Source: Octopus vulgaris
Taxonomy: Eukaryota
Direction of reading: 5' to 3'
Length of the DNA: 64,000 nucleotides
NCBI GenBank assembly: GCA_951406725.2
Contig: OX597832.1
Coordinates: forward strand, 57,474,001 to 57,538,000
This document shows positions 53,576 to 64,000 of this stretch, piece after piece (positions within the stretch are counted from its first letter, which is position 1; every line of letters starts with the position of its first letter). The notes under the pieces are model-generated. The model had not been told where the DNA came from, made no database searches, and worked only from the letters and a program-made list of their open reading frames with translations. A program made the translations under genes and the position numbers.

Positions 53576-53947
53576 GGATCTGAAATGCTGTGTTGAAACT
53601 GTAGCTTGAGATGTCTTGAGAAATAGCTTTTGGGTTATATTTTCCAAAGCTAACAAGGAATGTAGATTTTTTCCCTTTTTTTTTCATCGTTTGCTGAAAA
53701 TGGAAAAAAATGGTTAATTTAATATTGAAACGTTTTCAGTGCAGAATATATGTGGCATGTCAGATAAGAACATTTCTTTATTCTTTTGTTACCATTTCTT
53801 CTGTTGAAATATTCTGTTCTTGTTTTCAGTCAGTTATTGAAAATGATGAAGAATTTAGTAGAATAACTTTGTCATTTCCATTGTCATTGGAACATAAAAA
53901 TTGACATGAAATTTTGAAGGAAGGTTTCAATTTACATTACTTGGACT

Positions 53948-55227
53948 TTTTAGCATTCAGATTACTCAGAGGAGTTTAATGCCTGTCTGTTCATATTGGT
54001 TCGAATTAACCATTGCATTATCTTGTAGCTTTGAGATTTTGATGAGATGATTGTTTATTTTCAGAATGGTACTGTAGGGTGGATGAGATAAGTTCAGTCT
54101 GGTCAGTTTGAATATAAAACTTAGAATATATAGGCCAGATAATGTAACTAAATAAAGACCTTCTTCAGTTATGACTGACCATGGAATTGCACCTAGAAGG
54201 TTCCCCTCCAAGGCACAAGTCCGTGCAAGGTTGTTTACAGAAGACCAGCAGTCACCCATGCATACCAGCCTCCCTTCTCCACACCCTTATATGTACATAG
54301 GGTAAGGGGTAAAGACCCATTTTGGTCATGACTGACCATGGAATTGCACCTAGAAGGTTCCCCTCCAAAACACAAGTCCTGGCAATGTTGTTTACAGAAG
54401 ACCAGCAGTCAGCCATACATACCATCCTCCCTTCTCCACACCATTATATGTACATAGGGTAAGGGGTAAAGACCCATTTCGGTCATGACTAACCATGGAA
54501 TTGCACCTAGAAGGTTCCCCTCCAAAACACAAGTCCTGGCAATGTTGTTTACAGAAGACCAGCAGTCAGCCATACATACCATCCTCCCTTCTCCACACCA
54601 TTATATGTACATAGGGTAAGGGGTAAAGACCCATTTCGGTCATGAATGGCCACAGGATTACTCCTAGAAAGTTCCCCTCCAAGGCACAAGTCTGGGCAAG
54701 GTTGTTTATGGAAGACCAGCAGTCACCCATGCATACCAGCCTCCCCTCTCAATGCCACTGATGTTATCCAAAGGAAAGACAAAGGCTGATACAGCTTGGC
54801 ACCAGTGATGTTGCAACTCATTACTACAGCTGAGTGAACTGGAGCAATGTGAAATGAAGTGTCTTGCTCAAGAACACAACACACAGCCCTGTCCAGGAAT
54901 CGAACTCACTACCTTATGATTTCAAGCCTAACATTCTAACCACTGAGCCATGTACCTTTACTGGGTCAGATATGGGCTGTTTAAATGCTAAAGGGTTAAC
55001 CCATGAGAATTCAGATTACTCTATCAAGTGGAATGCTTATTTATTCGCCTTGTTTTCAGTTAATCATGAATTATCTCATAGCAATGACATTTCGATGATG
55101 CAATCATTTATTTTTAGAATGACATTGTATGTAGGGTAGGTGTGAGAGGTCAGATCTGGCCAGTTTGAACATAAAACATGTAGAATATTTGGGCTGAATA
55201 TGGCTGGTTTAAGTACCACAGGGTTAA
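53948..55227 (-). mobile_element. Two piggyBac-type MITEs sharing TTAA at 54996-54999; the first carries a family B SINE
   Basis: AAAGGG-TTAA-CCC junction; final CAGGGTTAA; SINE at ~54143-54961 with degenerate TSD TATCTGACCCA/TATCTGGCCTA (minus). Confidence 0.85.
54155..54755 (-). repeat. Four tandem ~157-bp copies of the family B SINE 3' segment
   Basis: GT[C/T]ATGA...CCTAGAA[G/A]GTTCCCCTCC starts at ~54168, 54325, 54482, 54639. Confidence 0.9.
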
Positions 55228-57150
55228 AGCAGGAAGTTCGTATCATAGAACTTAATTGTTCTCACCCAGTCATGAAGATCTCAGCATTTTCTCATGTCCC
55301 TTTTGAATCCCTTACCAACGCCATAGCATATCCTCCAAATAACCCCTCCCTCTACCTGTGCCCACTCGTTAGGTTCCTCCCCATCCGTCTCCCAATCTCC
55401 TCTTACAATCGAATGAACACAAACCTACTCTCTCCAATCTGCAGTCCAGTCTACTTCATCATATATACACCTCCCTGTAACTTGGGTGTATAACCCCGCC
55501 CCCACCTCATCACATCTTCACCATCTTCTCTCTGTTTTCATCTTTCACTCTCTCTCTCTCTCTCTCCATTTCCCCCTGAGGTAGCCATATCTTTTTCTTC
55601 TAATCCAGTGGTTACCTAGCATTTTCAAGCTGCCGTACCCCCACCCTTGGCACCCAGACAACATTCCTAGCACCACCACCCCAACCCGCTTACCCCACAA
55701 ACATCGACAGCTTTCTGCAGCAAATTCAAAACAGCAGTATTTCACAAATAAAACTTAACCTAGTCAACCCACTGTTTTGTTGCTATCTACATCTATCACA
55801 TTTTACATCCACCCCATTATCACCCAACTTTTCTTAAACACCCCCTGGATCTTTTCACCCCCACCCACCCACTTTGGGGAGCAGTACCGCCCACTTTGAG
55901 AACCACAGTACTAATGCACAACACCATTTTCTCTCGCTCAATACTAACTCCCCACCACACTATTGAGGGGTCTTTCCTGCAGGGTACTTGGTGACCTCAC
56001 CGGTGCTGGTGCCACATAAAAATAACAGTCACTACACTCTGTAAAGGGGTCAGCATTAGGAATGGCCTCCAGCCATAGAAACCATGCCAAAGCAGATAGC
56101 AGAGCTTGGTGCAACCATCTGTTCTGTCAATTGCTGTCCAACCATCTAAACCATCCCAGCATAGGAAATGGTCTTTAAATGATGATGATGATTATGTAAC
56201 AAATTCTTTCAACTAATCCCTATGAAATTACTGTATTTCAGACAGTTTTTGGGGATTTCAGTCTTTCCTTTAAGGGTGCTTTGTAAATTACCTTAATTTT
56301 CTTTGTTTGGCAAAGTTTTCTATGAATAAAAATTCTTTAAAAATATAGCATTAGTGTTGTGGAAGGATTCCAACCATCCCCAAGTGACTAAATGTGGACT
56401 GATTCATTGTTATAAAACAGAGAACTGTGAGCAATTGGCAGTTCGGGTTGGTAAGCAGTTCACTCTGAGCCATTGATATAGAGCAGCATTTCTCAACCGG
56501 GTTTCCCTGGAGCCCCAGGGTACGACAAAAGGTTCCTAGGGGTTCTATGAGAAAGAGTGAGATAAGCTAATGCTAATTTCATGATATATAATTTTATATA
56601 TGTACATATATATATCATCATCATCATAATTGTCGTTTAACGTCCGCTTTCCATGCTGGCATGGGTTGGACAGTTTGATTGAGGACTGGTGAACCAGAAG
56701 GCTGCACCAGGCTCAATCTGATCTGGCAAGGTTTCTACAGCAGGATACCCTTCCTAATGCCAACCACTCTGAAAGTGAAGTGGGTGCTTTTATGAGGGCT
56801 GGTCCGGCAGCACTGGCAATGATCATGCTCAAATGTTGTTTTTCACGTGCCACCGGCACATGTGCTGGTAAGGTGACCCTGGCAACAGTCATGCTTGAAT
56901 GGTGCTTTTCATGTGCCGCCAGCATGGGAGCCAATCCTTGGCCCTGGCAATGATCGGATATGCTTTAAATGTTTCTCTGACACGAGTGTCAATCAAGCGG
57001 AACTGTCATTGGCCACGTTAGCAATTTTGATTTGATGATTTGATTTCACTAGCCTCAATAGGTTTTCACAAGCAAAGTTTAATGTCCAATGAATGAGGGG
57101 TACTCAGAAGTGGGCTGGTTACACTCCATACTTGCATGTGCTTTTAACGT

Positions 57151-57203
<53 letters not shown>

Positions 57204-57225
57204 TAGATAGATAGATAGATAACAG

Positions 57226-57347
57226 AAAATGGAGAAATATTGATGAACAACAATTGACTTACATTGATTATTATTTATTAATTCAATTGAATTAATAAAT
57301 AATAATTAATCTAAGTCAATTGTTATTCCTCAATATTTCTCCATTTT
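57226..57347. repeat. 122-bp loopless palindrome
   Basis: Arms of 61 bp centred on 57286/57287, complementary at 57/61. Confidence 0.95.
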
Positions 57348-57517
57348 ATTTAAATTTTGATTCATGATAAACTCATGTTTATCCTTGTCTTTACCTATAA
57401 CTTATGAACATAAAATGTTTGCATATGTACACTCATGGTTAAATATTGGTAATATATCGGTAGTGTGATGGATACTTCAACTCCTTAGACTGTTATTTTA
57501 ACCTCTAACTGAACTAA

Positions 57518-57563
<46 letters not shown>

Positions 57564-57566
<3 letters not shown>

Positions 57567-57737
57567 AGAATTTACAAAAAAAACAAAAGATGAAGACAGG
57601 TGGTGTACAAAACAAACAAATGTATTAGTATAACACTCAGGAATACAAAAAGTCTTTATGTTTCGAGCCTATGCTCTTCTACAGAAAAAAGGAGAGAAAC
57701 AAGGAGAGAAAAAAATGTGTGTAGTGGCTAACGATCT

Positions 57738-57740
<3 letters not shown>
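57564..57740 (-). mobile_element. Short Penelope-like element in (TA)n with hammerhead-like motif
   Basis: Minus 57688-57655: UUUU-CUGUAGA-A-GAGC-AUAG-GCUC-GAAAC-AUA-AA; TA tracts on both sides; second copy at 19899. Confidence 0.65.
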
Positions 57741-57791
<51 letters not shown>

Positions 57792-57853
57792 ATTATATAT
57801 ACATATATGATACTTACTACATGAGCTATGATGAAAAAATATGAGAAAGATAT

Positions 57854-57901
<48 letters not shown>

Positions 57902-58665
57902 ATTTATTACATGAGCTATGATGAAAAAATATGAGAAAGATATGGTATATAATTTTTCTTTTTTGTGCAGGGTTTCCTTGAGACATGTAATTTATCTTAA
58001 AGATTACACAAGGGTAAAAGTGTTGAGAAACACCAATAGAGAGCATCATGTCTCATTTAATATCAATAGTAGTGCATCACGTAAATGCTTTCTTTCTTCC
58101 CTGCTTCGTTAAATATCCAATACAAGGATATAAAAATTAGTATGGCAGAAGTTTGTTTTTCTTGTAGACAAAGAAAATTTCATCAAAATACTCAGACATC
58201 AGCTGGGATGTAGAATGGCAGTAGTAATTTGTGATGTTCAGTTTCTTTCTTTTGTTGTTTGTTTTTGTTTTCCTCCCTTTCCATTTTTCTTGTTTTTTTG
58301 AGGTTCCCCTCTCTAGTGAAACATTTGTTTGGATTTAATTAAAATGGAGTATCTTCTTCAAGTACCATCTACGCAGGAAAATAAAATAAATCCATGCGAA
58401 GCAGTTTTGTTTTAAATAATTTGTTTCACACACTTTCCAGAATAAATTCTGTCTGTCTGTTTCTCTGTCTCATTCTCTCTCTCTCCCTCTGTGTGTCTGT
58501 CTGTCTGTCTCTCTCTCCCTCTATCTATCTGTTTATTTGTCTGGTTAGTTTCTCTGTCTGTTTATTTATCTATCCATCTGATTCTTGGTCTGTCCATCCA
58601 TCTGTCTGTCTCTGTCTTATTCTCTGTCTGTTTTTGTGTATCCTCCTCCCGCTTTCTATTATATA

Positions 58666-58905
58666 CAGGGTATTTCAGAAACTCGTGATACCGTTTCAGA
58701 TGTAAATATCTGGGCATATGAAACTAATGTTGAGCAAAATGAAATTTACTCATCAAAATTTGAATGAGAAATTCAAAGGTTTGTGAATTTCAGGAGCAAT
58801 TTTGGTTTATTTTTACATATCCTATTAAAATTTGAGATCATTTGAACAAGAATTGGTCCAGTTTCTAAGATTATGAAATGATGTAAATCTTTCTGGAATA
58901 CCCTG
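58666..58905. mobile_element. Tc1/mariner-like MITE (240 bp)
   Basis: TA-CAGGGTATTTCAGAAA ... TTTCTGGAATACCCTG-TA: 15/16 TIR and TA duplication. Confidence 0.9.
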
Positions 58906-59217
58906 TATATACACTACATATATACACACAAATGGATGTTTGGACTGAATTAAAATAGTTGCAGTATCTTTTTGAAGTGCCATCTATGCTGATGCCCTGT
59001 AGAAATACCCGTGCTGGTACCACATGAAAGTGCCTCTGCTAGTGTCACATAAAGTGTTGGCACCAGTGTCACATAAAAGTGCACTTGTTGGTTCCACATA
59101 AAAACACCTGTGCCAGTGCCATGTAGCAACACCTGTGCTGGTGCCACATAAAAGCATCTATACTGGTGTCATGTAATGGTGCCCATGCTGGTGCCATGTG
59201 GATGCATATGTGCCAGT

Positions 59218-59670
59218 CATCATCATCATCATCATCATTTAACGTCCGTTTTCCATGCTAGCATGGGTTGGATGGTTCGACCGGGGTCTGGTAAGCCATG
59301 GAGGCTGCACCAGGCTCCAGTCTGATTTGGCAGTGTTTCTACAGCTGGATGCCCTTCCTAATGCCAACCACTTCGTGAGTGTAGTGGGTGTTTTTTACGT
59401 GCCACCAGCACAGGAGCCAGCGCAGGCTGGCAAACGGCCACGATTGGTAGGTGCTTTTATGTGTCACCAACACGGATTCCAGTTAGGTGACAAAAATCAT
59501 CTAGTACACTCTGTAAAGTGGTTGGTGTTAGGAAGGGCATCCGACCATAGAACCCATGACAAAACAGTTAAATGGAGCCCAGGCTGCTTTCCTACTGGCC
59601 AGCTCCTGTTAAACCATCCAACCGACGCCAGCATGGTGAATGGATTTTAAATGATGATGATGATGATGAT
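59218..59670. mobile_element. Two family D retroposons in opposite orientation
   Basis: 59218-59480 (-) contains GGATGCCCTTCCTAATGCCAACCAC; 59500-59670 (+) contains GTGGTTGGTGTTAGGAAGGGCATCC. Confidence 0.8.
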
Positions 59671-60749
59671 AAGTCACAACAGAAACATACACACACATGC
59701 ACACACTCATACATACATCTGTTTAGGTGTACAAATGGGACGAAAATGCCGAAAAGGTTCCAGATGGATTTGGTTCTGTGGCAGAAATGTTTATGGCAGC
59801 TGTGCAGTGGATGCACATGGAGATGTGTTTTGTAACCTTATAATGGGAGTTGTAGTTGTGGATAAATTGTAGAAACAAACCAATGAAGAAGTTACACCTG
59901 ACGTAGTCCTTATCAACATCATATTTGTCATCATTCATTGTCCTTTTTCCATGCTTGCACGGGTTGGACTATTTGTCACAGTATTCACACACAATTTCTG
60001 AGAAGCTAAAGTCGGATGAAAGGACAAGTGTAGGTGTCTTGCAGTAGAGGAGATACATGGCTACTCCACATCATATAAGGGTTTGGGGGAGCAGTTAGGA
60101 TGAAGATAAAGGTGGTAGCGATGGGGTGCAGTCTTGAGACAGCTAAGTGTTGTGTGAAACAGTTGGAAAACACCTTTCAAGTGTTGGGCCTTGCAGAGGC
60201 AACGATGAATGACTGAGACCTTGGGCATTATGCTGTGCTTGGAAAGACCCATCAAACTGGTGTCATACAACTGGCACCTGAGCCGGTGGCACATGGAAGC
60301 ACCTATTACACTCTCAGAGTGGTTGGTATTAAGAAGGGCATCCAGCCATAGAAACCATGCGAAATCAGAGTGGAGTCTGTTGCAGCTTCCGTCTTGCCAG
60401 CACTGGTCAAACTGTCCAACCCATGTCAGCCCGGACAATGGACATTAAATGATAATGATGATGATGATGATGATGAATATCATCTAACTTTTTTGGACTG
60501 GAAATATAATGTAATGCACCAATGAGATGCTTACAGAGTTTTGGCTTTTCTCTGACTTTAGCAGACAAATTTGGTCTAGCTTTACCGTCCCTTGGAGTTT
60601 TGAGCAATGTCATAGATTATTGCAGAGATGAAGAGAACGAAGAAAGGCAAGGGGAGGATATGTCTTGCTTTTATTTCAGAAATGTCTTCACAGGAATCTA
60701 AATTTTCTGACTTATTTCAGTAATATTCATACTATGGGGCATAATGTCA

Positions 60750-61472
60750 AGCGGTGTGTGTCTGTGTGTGTGTGTGTGTCTGTTTTTGTTTCTCTGTGTG
60801 TATGTGTGTGTGTATGTGTGTGTGTATATGCGTGTGTCTGTTTTTGTTTCTGTGTGTGTGTCTGTTTTTGTTTCTGTGTGTGTGTGTGTGTGTGCACACG
60901 TGTATATGCATATGTGTGTGTGTCTGTTTTTGTTTCTAGGTGTGTATGCGTATATGTGTGTGTACATGTGTATATGCATGTGTGTGTGTGCAAACGTGTA
61001 TGTGCATGTCTGTTTTTGTTTCTCTGTGTGTATGTGTGTGCACAAGTGTATATGAATGTGTGTGTGTATGCATCTGTTTTTGTTTCTCAGTGTATTTGTG
61101 CGTGTGTGTACACATGTATATGCATGTGTGTGTATGTACAAAGGTGTGTGTATGGATGTGTGTCTATTTTTGTTTGTCCATGTCTATGTATCTCTATTTA
61201 TGTTCCTGTTTCCCAGTGCGTGTGTGTGTTTGTATGTGTGTGTGTATGTGTGTGCACATGTGTATATGCATATGTGTGTGTGTTTGTGTATTTATGTTTT
61301 TGTTTGTATGTGTGTGCACATGTGTATACACATATGTATGTGTGTATTTATGTTTTGTTTATTTCTTCGTGTGTATGTATATGTGTGTGCACATGTGTAT
61401 AAGCATATATGTGTGTGTGTGTGAGTGTGTGTACAAATGTGTATGTTTGTGTGCATGCATGTGTGCGCGTGT
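60750..61472. repeat. (TG)n compound microsatellite with recurring TCTGTTTTTGTTTC motif
   Basis: Direct reading. Confidence 0.92.
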
Positions 61473-62541
61473 GAATATATTTTAATTTCAACACTGTTTT
61501 ACCTCGACTTAATTCTGTGGAATTTTACCTCATTATTTCCACTATTTTGGCTAATTTAAATATTTTCCCAATGTTTTCTTCGAGATTTTGCATAGCCTTA
61601 AGTCGTGCTGTTTTATATATTGTATTTTATTTCATTTTTTAAAAAAGTATTTCATGGTTTATTCAGGCGAAAGGGAATGCTCTGCCTTCCTCGTCTCGTG
61701 ACCTTATCAAGGCCTCCAAGAGTGGTGACACTGATGCGGCCAGTATTTAACCTGAACAGATATAATTTGATGTTGTCGAGAAAAATCATTGATGGGAAAG
61801 GAATTTTTTAGTAGGTTAATATCCTGTGGAAGAAGGATTGGGTATATGGAGGGGGGGGGGCGTGTGTAGGAGATCTGCGAGGAGAGGTGAGCATAGTCAC
61901 AGGCATGGCTCTGCTGGTTAAGAAGCTCAATTTGCAACCATGTGATTCCCGGTTCAGTTCCACTACACAACACATTGTACAGGTGTCTTCTATTGTAACC
62001 CAGGGACTACAGATGCTTTATGAGTGAATTTGGCAGGCAGAAACTGTATGGAAGCCCATCATATGTGTACACACACACACACAAACACACACAAACACAC
62101 ACACACACATACATATGTAAAGTTAAATAAGGCCGGTTTATGGAATTACCCTGGGTTTCACGTCCATAATGCACTTAGCTTTCATGTGCTTTATGGATGT
62201 GAAATCCAGGGTAACCCCATAAACCAACCTTATCTAACATCCAGACAGCTAGGTGATACAAAAAAGGACAACAAAACATCCTGATAGACGATACAAAAAA
62301 AACAAGGATGGGTCATTCGAAGTCCTCTTTCTTCAGTCAAATACCAGATTATCCTTGCAATTTCGGTTGATTATTCTTGAGATTGCTCCAATCTGGCCAG
62401 CCCCAAGAAAAAACTAAGCTAAGAGCATTAGATTCCTTGGAAGAAATCAGCGAATGTATAAGGACAGAAGAAACGGACAAGTTACACAAATATAAATGCA
62501 ATAATAAATACAATAAAAATAATAACAGGACATATATATAT

Positions 62542-62779
62542 ATAGTCAAATCAAATAAATGCACATTAATAATGACAATAACAAACAAGAGGACATGCAC
62601 ATGGAATGTATTAGTTTGATGCTTGGTACGAAGAAAGAGTTTTTGACATTTTGAGCATAAGCTCTTCATTGGAGAGCAAAACAGAAAAGTCCAAAGAATG
62701 AAAAAAATCACCAACAGCATGTGTGTAGCACCGTTGCTGAAGTGAATGCCTTCGTACATACGTAGGCATTCACTTCAGT
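62542..62779 (-). mobile_element. Decayed Penelope-like element ending in a 44-nt palindrome
   Basis: Minus CCAAUGA-A-GAGC-UUAU-GCUC-AAAAUGUC at ~62644-62672; palindrome GCTGAAGTGAATGCCTTCGTA-CA-TACGTAGGCATTCACTTCAGT at 62736-62779. Confidence 0.55.
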
Positions 62780-62961
62780 GTGTATGTATGTAGGCACAGG
62801 CATAACTATGTAGTAAGAAGCTTATTTCCTGAGTGCATGGTTTTGCACCCTGTACAATTGTCGTCTATTATAGCCCCGGGCCAGCCAAAGCCTTGTGGGT
62901 TGATTTAGTGAATGGAAATTTAAAAAAAAAAAGCTTGTTGTGCATGTGTGGGTGTATGTGT

Positions 62962-63378
62962 GTGGCAAGCTGGCAGAACCGTTAGCATGCTGGGCAAAAT
63001 GCGTAGCCGTATTTCGTTTGCCGTTACGTTCTGAGTTCAAATTCCGCCAAGGTCGACTTTGCCTTTCGTCCTTTCGGGGTCAATAAATTAAGTACCAGTT
63101 TCGCACTGGGGTCGATGTAATCGGCTTAATTCGTTTGTCTGTCCTTGTTTGTCCCCTCTGTGTTTAACCCCTTGTGGGTAGTAAAGAAATAGGTAATTTG
63201 TCTGCCGTTATGTTCTGAGTTCAAATTCCGCCATGGTCGACTTTGCCTTTCATCCTTTCGGGGTCGATAAATTAAGTACCAGTTTTGCACTGGGGTCGAT
63301 GTAATCGGCTTAATTCATTTGTCTGTCCTTGTTTGTCCTCTCTACATTTAGCCCGTTGTGGGTAATAAAAAGAAACAA
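62962..63378 (+). mobile_element. Nin/Deu-like SINE with tandemly duplicated body
   Basis: GTTCTGAGTTCAAATTCCGCCA.GGTCGACTTTGCCTTTC.TCCTTTCGGGGTC.ATAAATTAAGTACCAG occurs twice ~183 bp apart; CpG-rich. Confidence 0.85.
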
Positions 63379-64000
63379 TAGTGATCATCATCATCAGCAG
63401 CAGCTGCAGCATCATCATCCTACACATCTGAGTAATACAACTTATGAGTCTTATTTCAACTTTATGGAGCATCAGCAGCTGTTTGAATGAAACTCAAGAT
63501 GGTTTACTATTTCTCTAGTATCAGTTCAAGAGCTGCGGCCATACTGGGGCACCGCCATCAGTTTACATGGTTTCTTTTCGTTTCTTTTCTTTTCGAGATG
63601 TTATGCAGTTTCTATTAGCTTTTGATGGTGAGATTGTTAACGAGCAGCATCCGAGATTTCAAGGCTTAGCATCATCATCATCATCTGTAGTGATTTTTGA
63701 GTGCTTCAGTCATGTTTGCTTAAATTACTGTAATATCCTGCACCTCCCCACCAAACCATCCCTTCTTCCACCTAGGACATAGTGCTGCTTCCGAAATGCC
63801 TGAATCGTCGTCGTCAAGATTCCTTAATGATTAACGAGATATGCGAGCATTTCTAAAAATTCTCTCTTTTAATTGACTACTAGATGGTTTATCTCTCATG
63901 CCACACACCATCACTGTTAAGGCCGTCTTGTCCAATGAGTGGGCATCAGGTGTCGCACTTGACGTTCGATGTGATTGTAAAACCCTCACCTGTTCTATTC

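Overview
AT-rich, repeat-dominated eukaryotic non-coding DNA. The extreme (TA)n/(CA)n/(GAT)n content and the tRNA-derived SINE set suggest a coleoid cephalopod, most likely Octopus (inference; no database check). There is no credible protein-coding gene: the supplied ORFs are microsatellite, SINE or satellite artefacts. The only recognisable protein sequences are two fossils missing from the ORF track, a CR1-clade LINE ORF2 C-terminus (~3085-3565) and a mariner transposase C-terminus in a fold-back (~19445-19871). The window holds several modular SINE families (labelled A-D and Nin-like here for convenience), piggyBac-, mariner/Tc1-, pogo- and hAT-type MITEs, and short Penelope-like elements with decayed minimal hammerhead motifs inside TA tracts. 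Most notable: (1) an ~18-copy homogeneous 178-bp satellite built from a SINE head, each unit reading A box, B-box-like motif, T5 terminator; (2) hammerhead-like motifs, including one in a tRNA-headed element and an 85-nt palindrome centred on a hammerhead core; (3) two inverted piggyBac-MITE arrays 30 kb apart sharing a 23-bp spacer; (4) two different SINE families inserted at the same site of one MITE family; (5) several locally templated insertions and palindromes. Boundaries of decayed repeats are approximate, read by eye.
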